Positions 1 through 9,188 of a DNA stretch of 64,000 nucleotides are shown here, piece by piece; within the stretch, counting starts at the first letter, position 1; each line of letters begins with the position of its first letter. Source of the stretch: an uncultured delta proteobacterium (GTDB lineage Bacteria > Desulfobacterota > Binatia > UBA9968); the NCBI GenBank assembly GCA_963760795.1, contig CAVXEP010000022.1:32001-96000 (forward strand), in the 5' to 3' direction. The notes beneath the pieces are model-generated. The model did no database searches. It saw nothing but the letters and a program-made list of their open reading frames with translations, and had not been told where the DNA came from. A program made the position numbers and the translations under genes.

Positions 1-25
1 TGAATCAGCTCGGCTGTAGAACGAA

Positions 26-952
26 ATGATCATGCGCACCATCCGCCTCGCCTATCGCGACCACGACCGCACGCCGGTTATTTACTGCATCAAAGCCATG
101 GCCGAACGCCATTACGGCGTCCATGTCGAAGTAGTTCACATCGAACCGCAACGCGAGTTCGAAGCGGCGTTGTTCGACCATGCCTGCGACGTGATTATCG
201 AGCATATCGAATATCTCCACACCGAGGCGGCTAAAGGTAAAAAGGCCACGCTCTTCTGCGCGCCGCAGCTTCAGCGCGGCCTGCAATTGGTCGTGCCGCA
301 GTCATTTAATTCCCTCGACGATCTCAAAGGCAAAACCATGGCCGTGCGCGATCTCGGCCGGCCACACCGCATCAGTCTGTGGCTGCGCAAAGTAGGACTG
401 GAGAACTCGGTCAAGACGATCATCGTGCCTGACAAAGAAGTCGGCCGCTGGCAGCAGTGGCGCAAGGTCGTCAGCGGCGAATGCGCCGCCTGTTTCATGG
501 CGCCGATTTATTTGCCCGCCGCCATCGCTGCCGGGCTCAAAACCTTTCCCGCCAGCGAAGCGGAAATCGTCAGCCTGTTCGCTCAGGCGTGTCTTGCCGA
601 GTTCGGCAGAAACAACTCGGCGTTGATGAAGGACTACCTCAAAGCCGTGATCCACGCCCTCGCCCTGTTGATTTACCGGCGCGATGAAGCGATGGAGATC
701 GTCGCCGAGGAACCGATGCGTCTGATGAAGCTCACCGACCGCGGCGAACTGCGCCGCCAGGTCGACTCCATCGCCGAGCTATTGCAAGTCAAACCCTACC
801 CGACCATCGAAGCGATCGTGAACACCGACGAAATCGCCGCCCAGGAATACGGCCCGACGGTGGAAAATCCGCTGACGCTGTGGGACCTGCACTGGTTAAA
901 AGAACTCGACGACGAAGGGTTTATTGATAATCTCATCGCGAGCCTTTCCTAA
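26..952 (+). CDS. NMT1/THI5/SsuA-like periplasmic-binding-fold protein without a signal peptide
   Basis: Contains 'SLDDLKGKTMAV', 'KDYLKAVIHAL' and the C-terminal 'KPYPTIEAI...LKELDDEGFID' shared with the other SBPs in this window. An in-frame TAG at 17-19 precludes an N-terminal extension. Confidence 0.75.
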   Translation: MIMRTIRLAYRDHDRTPVIYCIKAMAERHYGVHVEVVHIEPQREFEAALFDHACDVIIEHIEYLHTEAAKGKKATLFCAPQLQRGLQLVVPQSFNSLDDLKGKTMAVRDLGRPHRISLWLRKVGLENSVKTIIVPDKEVGRWQQWRKVVSGECAACFMAPIYLPAAIAAGLKTFPASEAEIVSLFAQACLAEFGRNNSALMKDYLKAVIHALALLIYRRDEAMEIVAEEPMRLMKLTDRGELRRQVDSIAELLQVKPYPTIEAIVNTDEIAAQEYGPTVENPLTLWDLHWLKELDDEGFIDNLIASLS

Positions 953-953
953 T

Positions 954-1020
954 GGCAAGGCACGCCTTGCTTCTACGAACAATGGCGATTAAAGAGGGCG
1001 GGTTTCAAACCCGCCCCTAC
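954..1020 (-). repeat. Two tandem GTAG-type REP palindromes
   Basis: GGCAAGG-CACG-CCTTGC-TTCTAC (954-976) and AGGGCGGGTTT-C-AAACCCGCCC-CTAC (995-1020). Both end in CTAC, which reads GTAG on the minus strand, the RAYT-associated REP signature. Confidence 0.7.
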
Positions 1021-1128
1021 TTTTCGGAAATTCTTTTTGCGTTATTCTGCGTTCTTTGCGGCCAACACTCCGAATCCGACTCTTCTTCCTATGTGAACTT
1101 TGTGCTCTTTGTGGTTAAATCCCTGCGA

Positions 1129-1620
1129 ATGAAAAAACTTCTCATCGTCTTTCACTCTATGACCAGCGGCACTTTCCAGATGGCCCAGGCCGCCGCCAAC
1201 GGTGCTCAGAGCGAGCCGGACGTGGCGGTGAATCTCATCCACGCCGGCGAAGCCGGACCAAGCGAGCTGCTCCAGGCCGACGGCTACATCTTCGCCACGC
1301 CGGAGAACCTCGCGATGATGTCAGGGGTCATGAAAGACTTCTTCGACCGCACCTATTATCCGGCCTTCGACCGCATCGTCGGCCGACCCTACGCGACTTT
1401 GATTTGCGCCGGCAGCGACGGCGAGAACGCCGCCCGGCAGATTCAGCGCATCGCCACCGGCTGGCGCTTAAAACCCATAGCGGAGCCAACTATAGTCTGC
1501 ACCTACGCGCAAACGCCCGACGAGATCTTGGCCAAGAAGCAGATCGGCGAGTTCGATCTCCAACGCTGCGAAGAGATCGGCGCCACGCTAGCGGCGGGAT
1601 TGGCCCTGGGCATTTACTGA
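1129..1620 (+). CDS. Flavodoxin-like / NAD(P)H-dependent FMN-binding (WrbA-like) protein
   Basis: 'LLIVFHSMTSGTFQMA' FMN loop and 'ADGYIFATPENLAMMSG.MKDFFD'. Start taken at ATG 1129 because the upstream extension runs through REP DNA. Confidence 0.85.
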   Translation: MKKLLIVFHSMTSGTFQMAQAAANGAQSEPDVAVNLIHAGEAGPSELLQADGYIFATPENLAMMSGVMKDFFDRTYYPAFDRIVGRPYATLICAGSDGENAARQIQRIATGWRLKPIAEPTIVCTYAQTPDEILAKKQIGEFDLQRCEEIGATLAAGLALGIY

Positions 1621-1647
1621 AATGACGGCGCCAGATCGAAATTCGCC

Positions 1648-1676
1648 TTGACACCCAACCACCCGTTTGCTACCGC
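1648..1676 (+). promoter_or_regulatory. Putative sigma70 promoter for the VOC gene
   Basis: TTGACA-17 bp-TACCGC with an extended -10 TG. Confidence 0.4.
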
Positions 1677-1699
1677 TCGCAACGGAACAACCGCTCGAG

Positions 1700-1760
1700 C
1701 TGGAACGATTTGAACCTCTGAACGGCTTGAATGTTTTGAACCCACTTGAACACTGGACTT
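1700..1760. repeat. ~9-nt-period (T)TGAAC/TGGAAC tandem repeat tract
   Basis: tggaacgat ttgaacctc tgaacggc ttgaatgtt ttgaaccca cttgaacac. Related tracts occur at 2870-2970 and, inverted, at 20960-20990. Confidence 0.65.
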
Positions 1761-1773
1761 GGAGGGACTTACT

Positions 1774-2850
1774 ATGAACATCGTCGAACCCCGCGGAGCG
1801 GTCCACTGGATCGATCACTTTGTCGTCGGCACCAATAACATGAGCGCCTGGGTGGATTGGGCGGTGAACTCCACTGGCATCACCCGGCAGCCGATTATTG
1901 GCCTCACCACCGCCGCGCGCAAACGCAACATCAAGATCACCAGCTTCCTTTGGTGGGACGGCGGCTCCTGCCGCATCGGCGCGTTTCTCCAGCCCGAGTT
2001 TTATCCACCGGCAAAGGAGCTGGGCAAGGATCTGCCGCGCTGCGGCTTTTACATCCGGCCCGAAGACATCGACAAACATCTGCGCCGCCTCGACCGCCAC
2101 AAAGTTCCCCACACCGACGCAATCCGCACCGCCGCCGATGGCGACGACGGCACGGTAATCTATTTCGCCGATCCGGACGGCAACCAGTACGAGTTATGGG
2201 CGCCGGTAGAAATGCCCGAGGGCGCAATGGACATCGCCACGGAAGAAGGCGTCGGGCGCATCAGCCACGCCGTCTTCGGCGCGCGCGATTTAACGAAGAA
2301 TGCCGCGTTCTTTGCAAAATACTGCGGCATCGAACCGGAACAAAACTCCAAGACCGCCGAAGGAACGTTGGTCCTGCGTCTGCGCGCCGGCGGCCGCCTG
2401 GTTTACAAGTTAGTGGATAAAGTCGACGAGCGCGTCTCCGGCCACGGCACCTGGTGGGACATGCACACCGCGCTGACGGTTCGCCAGGAAGAGTTTCTGC
2501 CCGACTACCGGCGCATGTGGGAGGGTATTCCCGAAGAGAAAGCTTACAAAGCCGATCTCAATCTCAGCCTCGAAGAACAAGAAGCTCTACCCGCGCGCAC
2601 CGGTCTGCATCGCAGCCCGGTGGGAATCCGCTGGAAGGAAATCTGCAGCCGCGGCGATGAATTCTACGACTGGGACTGCCATTCATTTCACTTCATCGGC
2701 GGCAAGCCGCTGGCGGCTAACAACTCCATGGCACTTTACGAAGCGATCGAACAGGAAGATTACCTGCTAGAACTGGCCCAGTCGTTGAACAAGAGCGACC
2801 AGCCCGACTTGATGAAAGGATTGGGCAAGGACAATCCCTTTAACGTGTAG
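1774..2850 (+). CDS. Two-domain VOC/glyoxalase-family protein
   Basis: 'IDHFVVGT', 'IYFADPDGNQYEL' and a second module 'ISHAVFGARDL'. RBS GGAGG precedes ATG 1774. Confidence 0.75.
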   Translation: MNIVEPRGAVHWIDHFVVGTNNMSAWVDWAVNSTGITRQPIIGLTTAARKRNIKITSFLWWDGGSCRIGAFLQPEFYPPAKELGKDLPRCGFYIRPEDIDKHLRRLDRHKVPHTDAIRTAADGDDGTVIYFADPDGNQYELWAPVEMPEGAMDIATEEGVGRISHAVFGARDLTKNAAFFAKYCGIEPEQNSKTAEGTLVLRLRAGGRLVYKLVDKVDERVSGHGTWWDMHTALTVRQEEFLPDYRRMWEGIPEEKAYKADLNLSLEEQEALPARTGLHRSPVGIRWKEICSRGDEFYDWDCHSFHFIGGKPLAANNSMALYEAIEQEDYLLELAQSLNKSDQPDLMKGLGKDNPFNV

Positions 2851-2869
2851 CGTTGCCTTTTGGCTCAGT

Positions 2870-2970
2870 CCGAACGATTGGAACGGACTGGAACGTATTG
2901 AATGATTGGAACGATAAGGACGCACTGTTGAAACAGTTCAGCGAAGCTCTCCACATTGTTTCGAACTAAA
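2870..2970. repeat. ~9-nt-period GAAC repeat tract
   Basis: cgaacgat tggaacggac tggaacgta ttgaatgat tggaacgat. Confidence 0.6.
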
Positions 2971-2987
2971 AACCACGAAAGAATCCA

Positions 2988-3803
2988 ATGGCAAATCATA
3001 TTCGCGGACCGCTTTATTACGAACGGATGGGACGCACCGGACCGGTCATCGCTTTCGTTCATCCCAACCCGATGGATCAGTCTTGCTGGATTTATCAGAT
3101 GGCGCACCTATCGACTTGGTACCGCTGCATCGCCATCGATATTCCGGGATACGGCCGTTCGCCCAAGGCCGACGCCGGGCTGACCATGGACGATATGGCC
3201 CAAGCCTGCTGGGAAGCGATCGACGAAGTGGCGCCCGGCGAGAAAGCGATATTGGCTGGCTGTTCAGTAGGCTCGTCCATCGCGCCGTTCATGTACCACC
3301 AGCGCCCGGACAAGACCGCGGCGCTCGTGCTATGCGGCACCGGCTACAATCCGACCAAGGAATTCACCAAGAAACGCATCGATAATTACAGCGCTGAAGG
3401 CATCGGTTATCGCTGGCGCTACACCTTTGAGGACATGAGTGCGGCGTTCCGCGTAACGCCGATGGCGCACTTCTTCGCCAACATGTTTAGCGAGCGCAAT
3501 GAATACGCCGATGCGGAGACGATCATTCATCAGTTTCGCGCCCTCGCCCAGCCCTACCCCGAAGGCCATCACGAGCGCATCGCCTGCCCGATGATCATCC
3601 TCACCGGCAGCGAAGACGGCAGTCATCCGAGCTCATTCGCGCTCCAAGCCCGGGTTCCCAACTGCGAGTTGAAAGTCCTACCAGGCGCCGGCCACGCCTG
3701 TCAGATCGAGCAGCCCTGGCTGTTCAACCGCTTGATGCTCGAGTTCTTCTCCAATCATGGCTTGTTCCCCGGCAAGGCGAAGCCGATTAAATCGATCCTG
3801 TGA
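2988..3803 (+). CDS. Alpha/beta-fold hydrolase
   Basis: 'DIPGYGRS', nucleophile elbow 'GCSVG', 'GSED', 'GAGH..QIEQP'. Confidence 0.85.
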   Translation: MANHIRGPLYYERMGRTGPVIAFVHPNPMDQSCWIYQMAHLSTWYRCIAIDIPGYGRSPKADAGLTMDDMAQACWEAIDEVAPGEKAILAGCSVGSSIAPFMYHQRPDKTAALVLCGTGYNPTKEFTKKRIDNYSAEGIGYRWRYTFEDMSAAFRVTPMAHFFANMFSERNEYADAETIIHQFRALAQPYPEGHHERIACPMIILTGSEDGSHPSSFALQARVPNCELKVLPGAGHACQIEQPWLFNRLMLEFFSNHGLFPGKAKPIKSIL

Positions 3804-3997
3804 TGGGAGTGTGCGAGATCTAAGTGAGATTTTTCGCGTCGCTCGGATGACAAGAATCCTGTCTTGGGAACTTGGCGTCTTTGCGCCTTTGCGGGAGATA
3901 AACCGAGTTTCGCTTGCGGCTATGCGGCGTTGTGTTCTTCCTGGTGAAAAAAGCTAACCCTGACCCATTGTCCGGACGGGGTGTTGAAGAAACAAAG

Positions 3998-4993
3998 TCA
4001 GAACCGGCCCTCCTTTTCTAACCGTTTCACCACGCTATCGTCGACCAATTCCTCGGCCTTGAGGCGGCGGATCTTTTCGTTGCCGGCGCCGAGCAGGCGA
4101 ATGACATTGCGCACGCCGTCGACACTGGGATAGATTTTTCTTTCGTAGATACTGAGCATGTTTTGATAGCCTTCGTCGGCGTCTTCGATGCGTTTGAGCC
4201 TTAAACCTTTGGCCAAACTCTTGATGACCTGCGACTTATTTTCCGGATTACGAACGAAGGCGACGCCGTCGAGCAATCCTTTGATGACGTTTTCGACGGT
4301 CGTCGATGACGATGTCATCGCGCTCCGCCGCGTGATGAGCCCGGTACCCTGATACGCGATCGGCAGTTTCTCCAAATCGGCGAGCACGCGGAACCCCTTG
4401 TTCTGTACGATCTTGGCGTAGGTGTAGCTCAGATAAGCGGCGTCGACATTGCCGGCAAGGAGCGCCTGCGAGACCACCGAATTGTCGCCCAGCGCGCGGA
4501 CTTGAATCTTGTCTCGCTCCGGCACGAGCCCCCAGTGATCGAGGGCGAGCATGGTAAAGATCCAAGTGCCGCCGCTCAAACTATTGACACCGACGCTCCG
4601 CCCCTTCAATTCTGCCGGCGTCTTGATCTTTGGATTAGCCGCAAAGGCACCGGTCAAGCGATTGATGAAGCCGGCGACGAAAACTAAGTCGGCACCCTCG
4701 GCGATCGCGCCGAGATTCGCCGCCGACACCGATCCCCAATGCAGCAGCGACTCGCCGGAACTGAGCGCCGCCATGCCGACGGGCCCGTTGCGCACCTGCA
4801 CCAGCGTCACGTCAAGACCGTACTTGCGGAAGTAACCTTGGTCCTGGGCGACATACAGCGCCCCTTCCCGCTCGCTCGACGAGCCGGTGGTAAGGAGCAC
4901 TTTCGTCAGTGGCGCCGCTGCGTGGGCGGGTACAGCATCGGCAACCAGTAAAGCGAAAAGAATCAGCAGCGAGCCAGCCGGAGTAAATTTCAT
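3998..4993 (-). CDS. ABC transporter substrate-binding protein (NMT1/SsuA-like)
   Basis: Signal peptide ending AHA, 'GYFRKYGLDV', 'ELKGRSVGV', C-terminal 'VKRLEKEG'. Confidence 0.85.
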   Translation of the reverse strand: MKFTPAGSLLILFALLVADAVPAHAAAPLTKVLLTTGSSSEREGALYVAQDQGYFRKYGLDVTLVQVRNGPVGMAALSSGESLLHWGSVSAANLGAIAEGADLVFVAGFINRLTGAFAANPKIKTPAELKGRSVGVNSLSGGTWIFTMLALDHWGLVPERDKIQVRALGDNSVVSQALLAGNVDAAYLSYTYAKIVQNKGFRVLADLEKLPIAYQGTGLITRRSAMTSSSTTVENVIKGLLDGVAFVRNPENKSQVIKSLAKGLRLKRIEDADEGYQNMLSIYERKIYPSVDGVRNVIRLLGAGNEKIRRLKAEELVDDSVVKRLEKEGRF

Positions 4994-5261
4994 CTAAAAT
5001 CTCCTGACTACGGGTCGGAGTAATTGCCTCGCGCAAGCGCAAAGCCCACCAGGTGAAGCCAGCGCCTGCAGCCGCATTCGCATTTGAAGTATTCTTTTCC
5101 GATCGGCGGCTTTTCCATAGGTTCACTTTCAAATCACTATAGCAGCGGTCGGCCGGCTGCGCCAAATCACCGAAGGATCTCTCGCGCTCAAACCGTTCGA
5201 GTCGTTGACAGAATCAAACGAAGAGATTAGTGACAATGTTCATTGGCTAGCAGGAGAAGAT

Positions 5262-5975
5262 ATGAACCAAATGGTTTTCATTCACGGCCCTGGGGCGGGT
5301 GGATGCGCCGAATCGTTTGTCCATCAGCTCAAACATTATCCGGAGAGCCTCGCGCCGACGTTGCCTGGACATCTAGAGGGAAGACCCTGTGCCAGTGTGG
5401 AACGATATACGGAATGGTTGAGGGGATGGTTATGGTCGAAAGGCAAACAGCAAGACTTGGTGCTGGTCGGTTTCACGCTGGGTGGTTGTATCGCGCTCGA
5501 GTACGGCCTGGACTATCCCGATGAGGTCAAGGCGCTGGTATTGATTACCACCGGCATGCGCCCCAGGGAGCGGCGGCCGGGCACTCTGGAGTTTCGCCTG
5601 AAGGCTGCGGAAGATCCTGAAACGTATCGGCAATGGCTGGACACCATGCGGCACCAGTTCTTGTTTATGCAGCCGGAGCTAGGTGAACATCTTGTCGAGT
5701 GTCATCGCAAGGTAGGACCGTTATCGCAGCACGGCGATTTCGTCGTCATCGACCAATTCGACGTCAGGGAACGCATTAACACTCTTAAACCGCCGCTACT
5801 CTTAATAAAGGGGGCGGACGATCCCGCCTTATCGCCGGAGTATGAACTGGAGATTCATGAAGCTGTTCCCGGCTCGCAATACCTGAAACTTAAAAATGCC
5901 GGCCACTTCCCTTTCGCAGAGAGGCCGGTGGAAGTTAACCGCGCAATCGACGAGTTCCTGGCATCGCGCACGTAA
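5262..5975 (+). CDS. Alpha/beta-fold hydrolase-like protein (Thr at the nucleophile position)
   Basis: 'FIHGPGAGG', 'LVGFTLGG', 'KGADDP', 'NAGHFPFAERP'. RBS GGAG precedes ATG 5262. Confidence 0.8.
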   Translation: MNQMVFIHGPGAGGCAESFVHQLKHYPESLAPTLPGHLEGRPCASVERYTEWLRGWLWSKGKQQDLVLVGFTLGGCIALEYGLDYPDEVKALVLITTGMRPRERRPGTLEFRLKAAEDPETYRQWLDTMRHQFLFMQPELGEHLVECHRKVGPLSQHGDFVVIDQFDVRERINTLKPPLLLIKGADDPALSPEYELEIHEAVPGSQYLKLKNAGHFPFAERPVEVNRAIDEFLASRT

Positions 5976-6011
5976 CTCCCGCGTAAAGCTGCTGAGCCTA
6001 CGAGAAAAGAC

Positions 6012-6113
6012 TTTCTCACCACGAAGGACACGAAGGACAGATATCGGAGAGAGCTCCAAATCTGAAAAAAATGTTTTCTTCCTTCGTGCTCTTCGTGTCC
6101 TTCGTGGTGAAAA
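6012..6113. repeat. Long imperfect palindrome with 9-nt periodic arms between convergent genes
   Basis: TCACCACGAAGGACACGAAG ... CTTCGTGTCCTTCGTGGTGA. Confidence 0.75.
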
Positions 6114-6152
6114 CTGTCCTTTGTTATTAGGTTGTAGCTCTGCCCGTTGGCG

Positions 6153-7532
6153 TCATCCAGATAGATTTGGCGCCACCGTCAAGGAAATCAGTTCGCCGAT
6201 CCGCTCGACTTCGTCCAAACGACGCAGGCAGGCCAGGAGATCGTTAATTTGCCTCTCCGGAAGCAGCGGCGCCGCCAGCGGACGAAATTTCCGCTCCTGA
6301 TCTTCGTCGGTCATCAACCGTTTGAAATGGCCGAGATGGTAGGCCACTTTCGTCGAGAGCACTTTGCCTGAGTTCATCTCGATGTCGACAATGTTCAAGG
6401 GAACGTCCGGCCAGGCGGCAACAGGCTCTTCGCCGATCCGCACGGTGATTTTTTGCATGAGCGCTCGAACATCGGGGCGCTTGTAGTACAGCTGGTCGTA
6501 GTGGCGAATCTCCACGCCGCCTTCCATCAGCGCAACGGCCATCACGAAGGGCAGACTGTGATCGGCGCTCTCCCTGGTTTCCGGCTGCCAATTCGCTTCT
6601 CCTGAACCCATGACCTCGAAGCCGGCGGGAAAAGTTTGCAGGCGAATTTCTTTAATGTCGTCGAGATTGGCGATTTGCGATCGCAAGTTGATAATCGCCT
6701 CGATCGCGCTCTGCGAGAAATACCCAGCAGGAAACGCTTTCAGCCGCGCTTTCATGATGCGGTAGCCGTCGGCGGAGTCCGCCAACGGTCTGATCTCAAA
6801 GCGGATCCCCGTGCTAGCAAAGAATCCGGCCTTGCCTTCGAAAGCTTCCTCCGGACCCGTCATTCCTTTGGCGGCCAGCATGGCGCAAAAAACCGCATTC
6901 CTCGAAGCATTGGCCAACGCGCATCCCTTCCAATGGGAAATTTGACCTCTTCTGATTTGCTCGAGACTGATATGAGACGCGACCGCCAAGCTGATCGCGT
7001 TAGCCATCTGTTCTTTGGTATGGCCGAATAGTTTTGCCGCCACTACCGCCGCAGCGATGACGCCGTAGGTCGATTGATCCCAAATACGCCCGCGCTCGTT
7101 CGCTCCGGCGTCGATGAGTCCACAAAGCACCTCATAACCCAAAACCGTTCCCAGGATCACGTCTTTGCCGTCGCCGTGTCTTGCGTCGACGACGGCCAAC
7201 ACCGGGGCAAGCAGATCGCTCGGGTGGCAGGTTGGTGAACCGGCGTAGGTGTCGTTGAAATCGAGATAACGGATCATCACGCCGTTGGCGAAAGCTGCGA
7301 GGTCAGGCGAGGTTTTCCGGCCGCTAATCAAAACGGCGGACGGGATGGCCGAAGTTATCTCAGATGCGGCGGCTCTAGCGATCTTGGCCGGCGGACTTTC
7401 GGCCCCTCCGAGCGCGCACCCTACGGTGTCCAGGACAATGTGCTTGGTCCGGCGTATCACTTCCGGCGGCAGGTTGCGATACGACAACTTCAGCGCGTAG
7501 TCGCAAAGATGATTGAGGATTCGGTCGGCCAT
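6153..7532 (-). CDS. MmgE/PrpD family protein
   Basis: 'LDTVGCALGG', 'NGVMIRYLDFNDT', 'HPSD', 'ESADHSLPF'. Start taken at ATG 7532. Confidence 0.9.
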   Translation of the reverse strand: MADRILNHLCDYALKLSYRNLPPEVIRRTKHIVLDTVGCALGGAESPPAKIARAAASEITSAIPSAVLISGRKTSPDLAAFANGVMIRYLDFNDTYAGSPTCHPSDLLAPVLAVVDARHGDGKDVILGTVLGYEVLCGLIDAGANERGRIWDQSTYGVIAAAVVAAKLFGHTKEQMANAISLAVASHISLEQIRRGQISHWKGCALANASRNAVFCAMLAAKGMTGPEEAFEGKAGFFASTGIRFEIRPLADSADGYRIMKARLKAFPAGYFSQSAIEAIINLRSQIANLDDIKEIRLQTFPAGFEVMGSGEANWQPETRESADHSLPFVMAVALMEGGVEIRHYDQLYYKRPDVRALMQKITVRIGEEPVAAWPDVPLNIVDIEMNSGKVLSTKVAYHLGHFKRLMTDEDQERKFRPLAAPLLPERQINDLLACLRRLDEVERIGELISLTVAPNLSG

Positions 7533-7770
7533 TTTTTTCTGGGTCGAACCTGGGCCCAAGCGGAGCTTAAGCATTTGCGTCAGCGCCTGGGAAAGCATTA
7601 CATAGCTTGAAGTTCGTCCCCGGCAAGTGTTCGGCAGCAACTACCTGCTCCGTGACTGCCACAGCCACCGATGAGTGATATACCAGTCGGCATCGGGGTC
7701 GAGCCTGGGTGTTGATTGATTTGTCCGAAACCGACGAATCAAAAGGGCCATTGGACGATTCACGCTTCAC

Positions 7771-8826
7771 CTACTTCGGCGCTTCATGGGCCAGTCGTTT
7801 ATACATCGTCAGGATTTCCGGCCGCCAATCGGTGTACTGTTTCACGTCTTCGAAAACTTCTTTGCCGCTGAACATCTGCTCGAAAGGGTTGCCTTCGAGC
7901 ACCACGTCTTCCCAGTCTTTGCGAAACGCCGGGTCGTTGCCGACTTTGAGCAGCGCCTCTTCCAGGATCTTGCGAATCGACTCTGGGGTTCCCGGCGGGA
8001 AAGCCATGGCGGCACCGAGGCGATCGGTGGAGTTGATCTTGCGAATGATATTTCTTTGCACGTCGGTCTTGGCAAACTGCATGATCGACGGCACGCCATC
8101 GAAGATCGCATGTTTTATCGGCGGCAACTCTTCAGGCAGAGTCATGGCCACCAGCGCAACCACCTCGCGCTTGGCGAACAACTCCGGACGATCGGTCATC
8201 ATCGACGCCGCGTCGTTAACCCGTCCCTGAATTTCCCCTTGCTCCAAGGCGACGTAGAGCTGCAAGGTGTCATAGCCCAGGACCCAGCGCACTTTGAGGC
8301 CGAGAATCTCGGCGATCAGCCGGGCGTAGAGATAACTACGGTTGCCGACGCCTTGGGCGCCGAGCGTTACCTCGCGCTTGCGCAGCTCGTCCAGAGTTTT
8401 GATACCCGCGCGCTGATGAACAAACAGCACGTTGCGCTGTTTACCGGTGCTCGGCGCGCCGACGTACACGAAGGTGCGCGGATCGTAAGTAGCGCCCGGC
8501 GCGCCGAAGTAAGGCGCCTCCAAATACGACGAGATCACCATCGACAGGAAACTGCCGTCCGTCGCTCCCTTGCTGAGCGCCAGCATCGCCGGGATGCCCT
8601 GCCCGCCGGTTTTGTTTTGAATCAAAATGGTTGGATTACCCGGCGTGTACCTCGCCAGATACTTGGTCAAAGTTCGCGCGATGCGATCCTGCCTGCCCCC
8701 AGCGGGAGCGCCAACCTGAAGCGTGACGGTCTTGCCTTGGAAATACGCGGTTTCAGCGGCATGCACATTAGCTTGCGCCGTCTGTAAGGCGAAAAGAAAC
8801 AAGACCGGCAGATAAGTCGTCCTCAT
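7771..8826 (-). CDS. Tripartite tricarboxylate transporter substrate-binding protein (TctC/Bug-like)
   Basis: Signal peptide, 'YFQGKTVTLQVG..AGG..D..AR', 'PGNPTILIQN..G', 'PPGTP'. Confidence 0.85.
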   Translation of the reverse strand: MRTTYLPVLFLFALQTAQANVHAAETAYFQGKTVTLQVGAPAGGRQDRIARTLTKYLARYTPGNPTILIQNKTGGQGIPAMLALSKGATDGSFLSMVISSYLEAPYFGAPGATYDPRTFVYVGAPSTGKQRNVLFVHQRAGIKTLDELRKREVTLGAQGVGNRSYLYARLIAEILGLKVRWVLGYDTLQLYVALEQGEIQGRVNDAASMMTDRPELFAKREVVALVAMTLPEELPPIKHAIFDGVPSIMQFAKTDVQRNIIRKINSTDRLGAAMAFPPGTPESIRKILEEALLKVGNDPAFRKDWEDVVLEGNPFEQMFSGKEVFEDVKQYTDWRPEILTMYKRLAHEAPK

Positions 8827-9188
8827 GGCAGGATCACCTCACGGCTTACTTAATAAATGCGCGGCACAGCTCGACTCACTTGTCGTTTAACACACCTCAG
8901 GTTTGGCGCACCAGCAGATCATGGGTCACAACAAATCATGCTTGACAGCTTACACCGTAGGCAAATATCGTCCCGCAAGCCGTGCCCAAAGCCGTCTCCG
9001 AACTTTCGCAGGTATCCGTCGCCATCGAGCCGGGAAAGACTACGGCTTAAAAAATTGCCGAAACAGTTAGAGAGAGACTTAGGATCAAATTCAAATCTTT
9101 GACCGGGGTTATGGCTTGCTTTGTGAACAAATCACGCCAATTGAAGCGTGTCCACGACCCCATGCTCTGACACGCCTTGACTCCCACG

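Noticed and set aside
952-1128. 59-aa N-terminal extension of the flavodoxin ORF
   Set aside because: It translates REP and periodic-repeat DNA; the family-typical start is MKKLLIVFHS at 1129.
1700-1760. GAAC repeats as a CRISPR array or LexA boxes
   Set aside because: Units are ~9 nt with no unique spacers and no cas genes, and the spacing does not fit the known LexA box geometries.
7786-8787. 333-aa plus-strand ORF
   Set aside because: Antisense shadow of the TctC gene, with no recognisable motifs; such shadows are common in GC-rich DNA.
8960-8975. Possible sigma54 site (CGGGACGATATTTGCC on the minus strand) upstream of tctC
   Set aside because: GG-N10-GC spacing fits but the -24 element is a weak match, so it is not supportable on its own.
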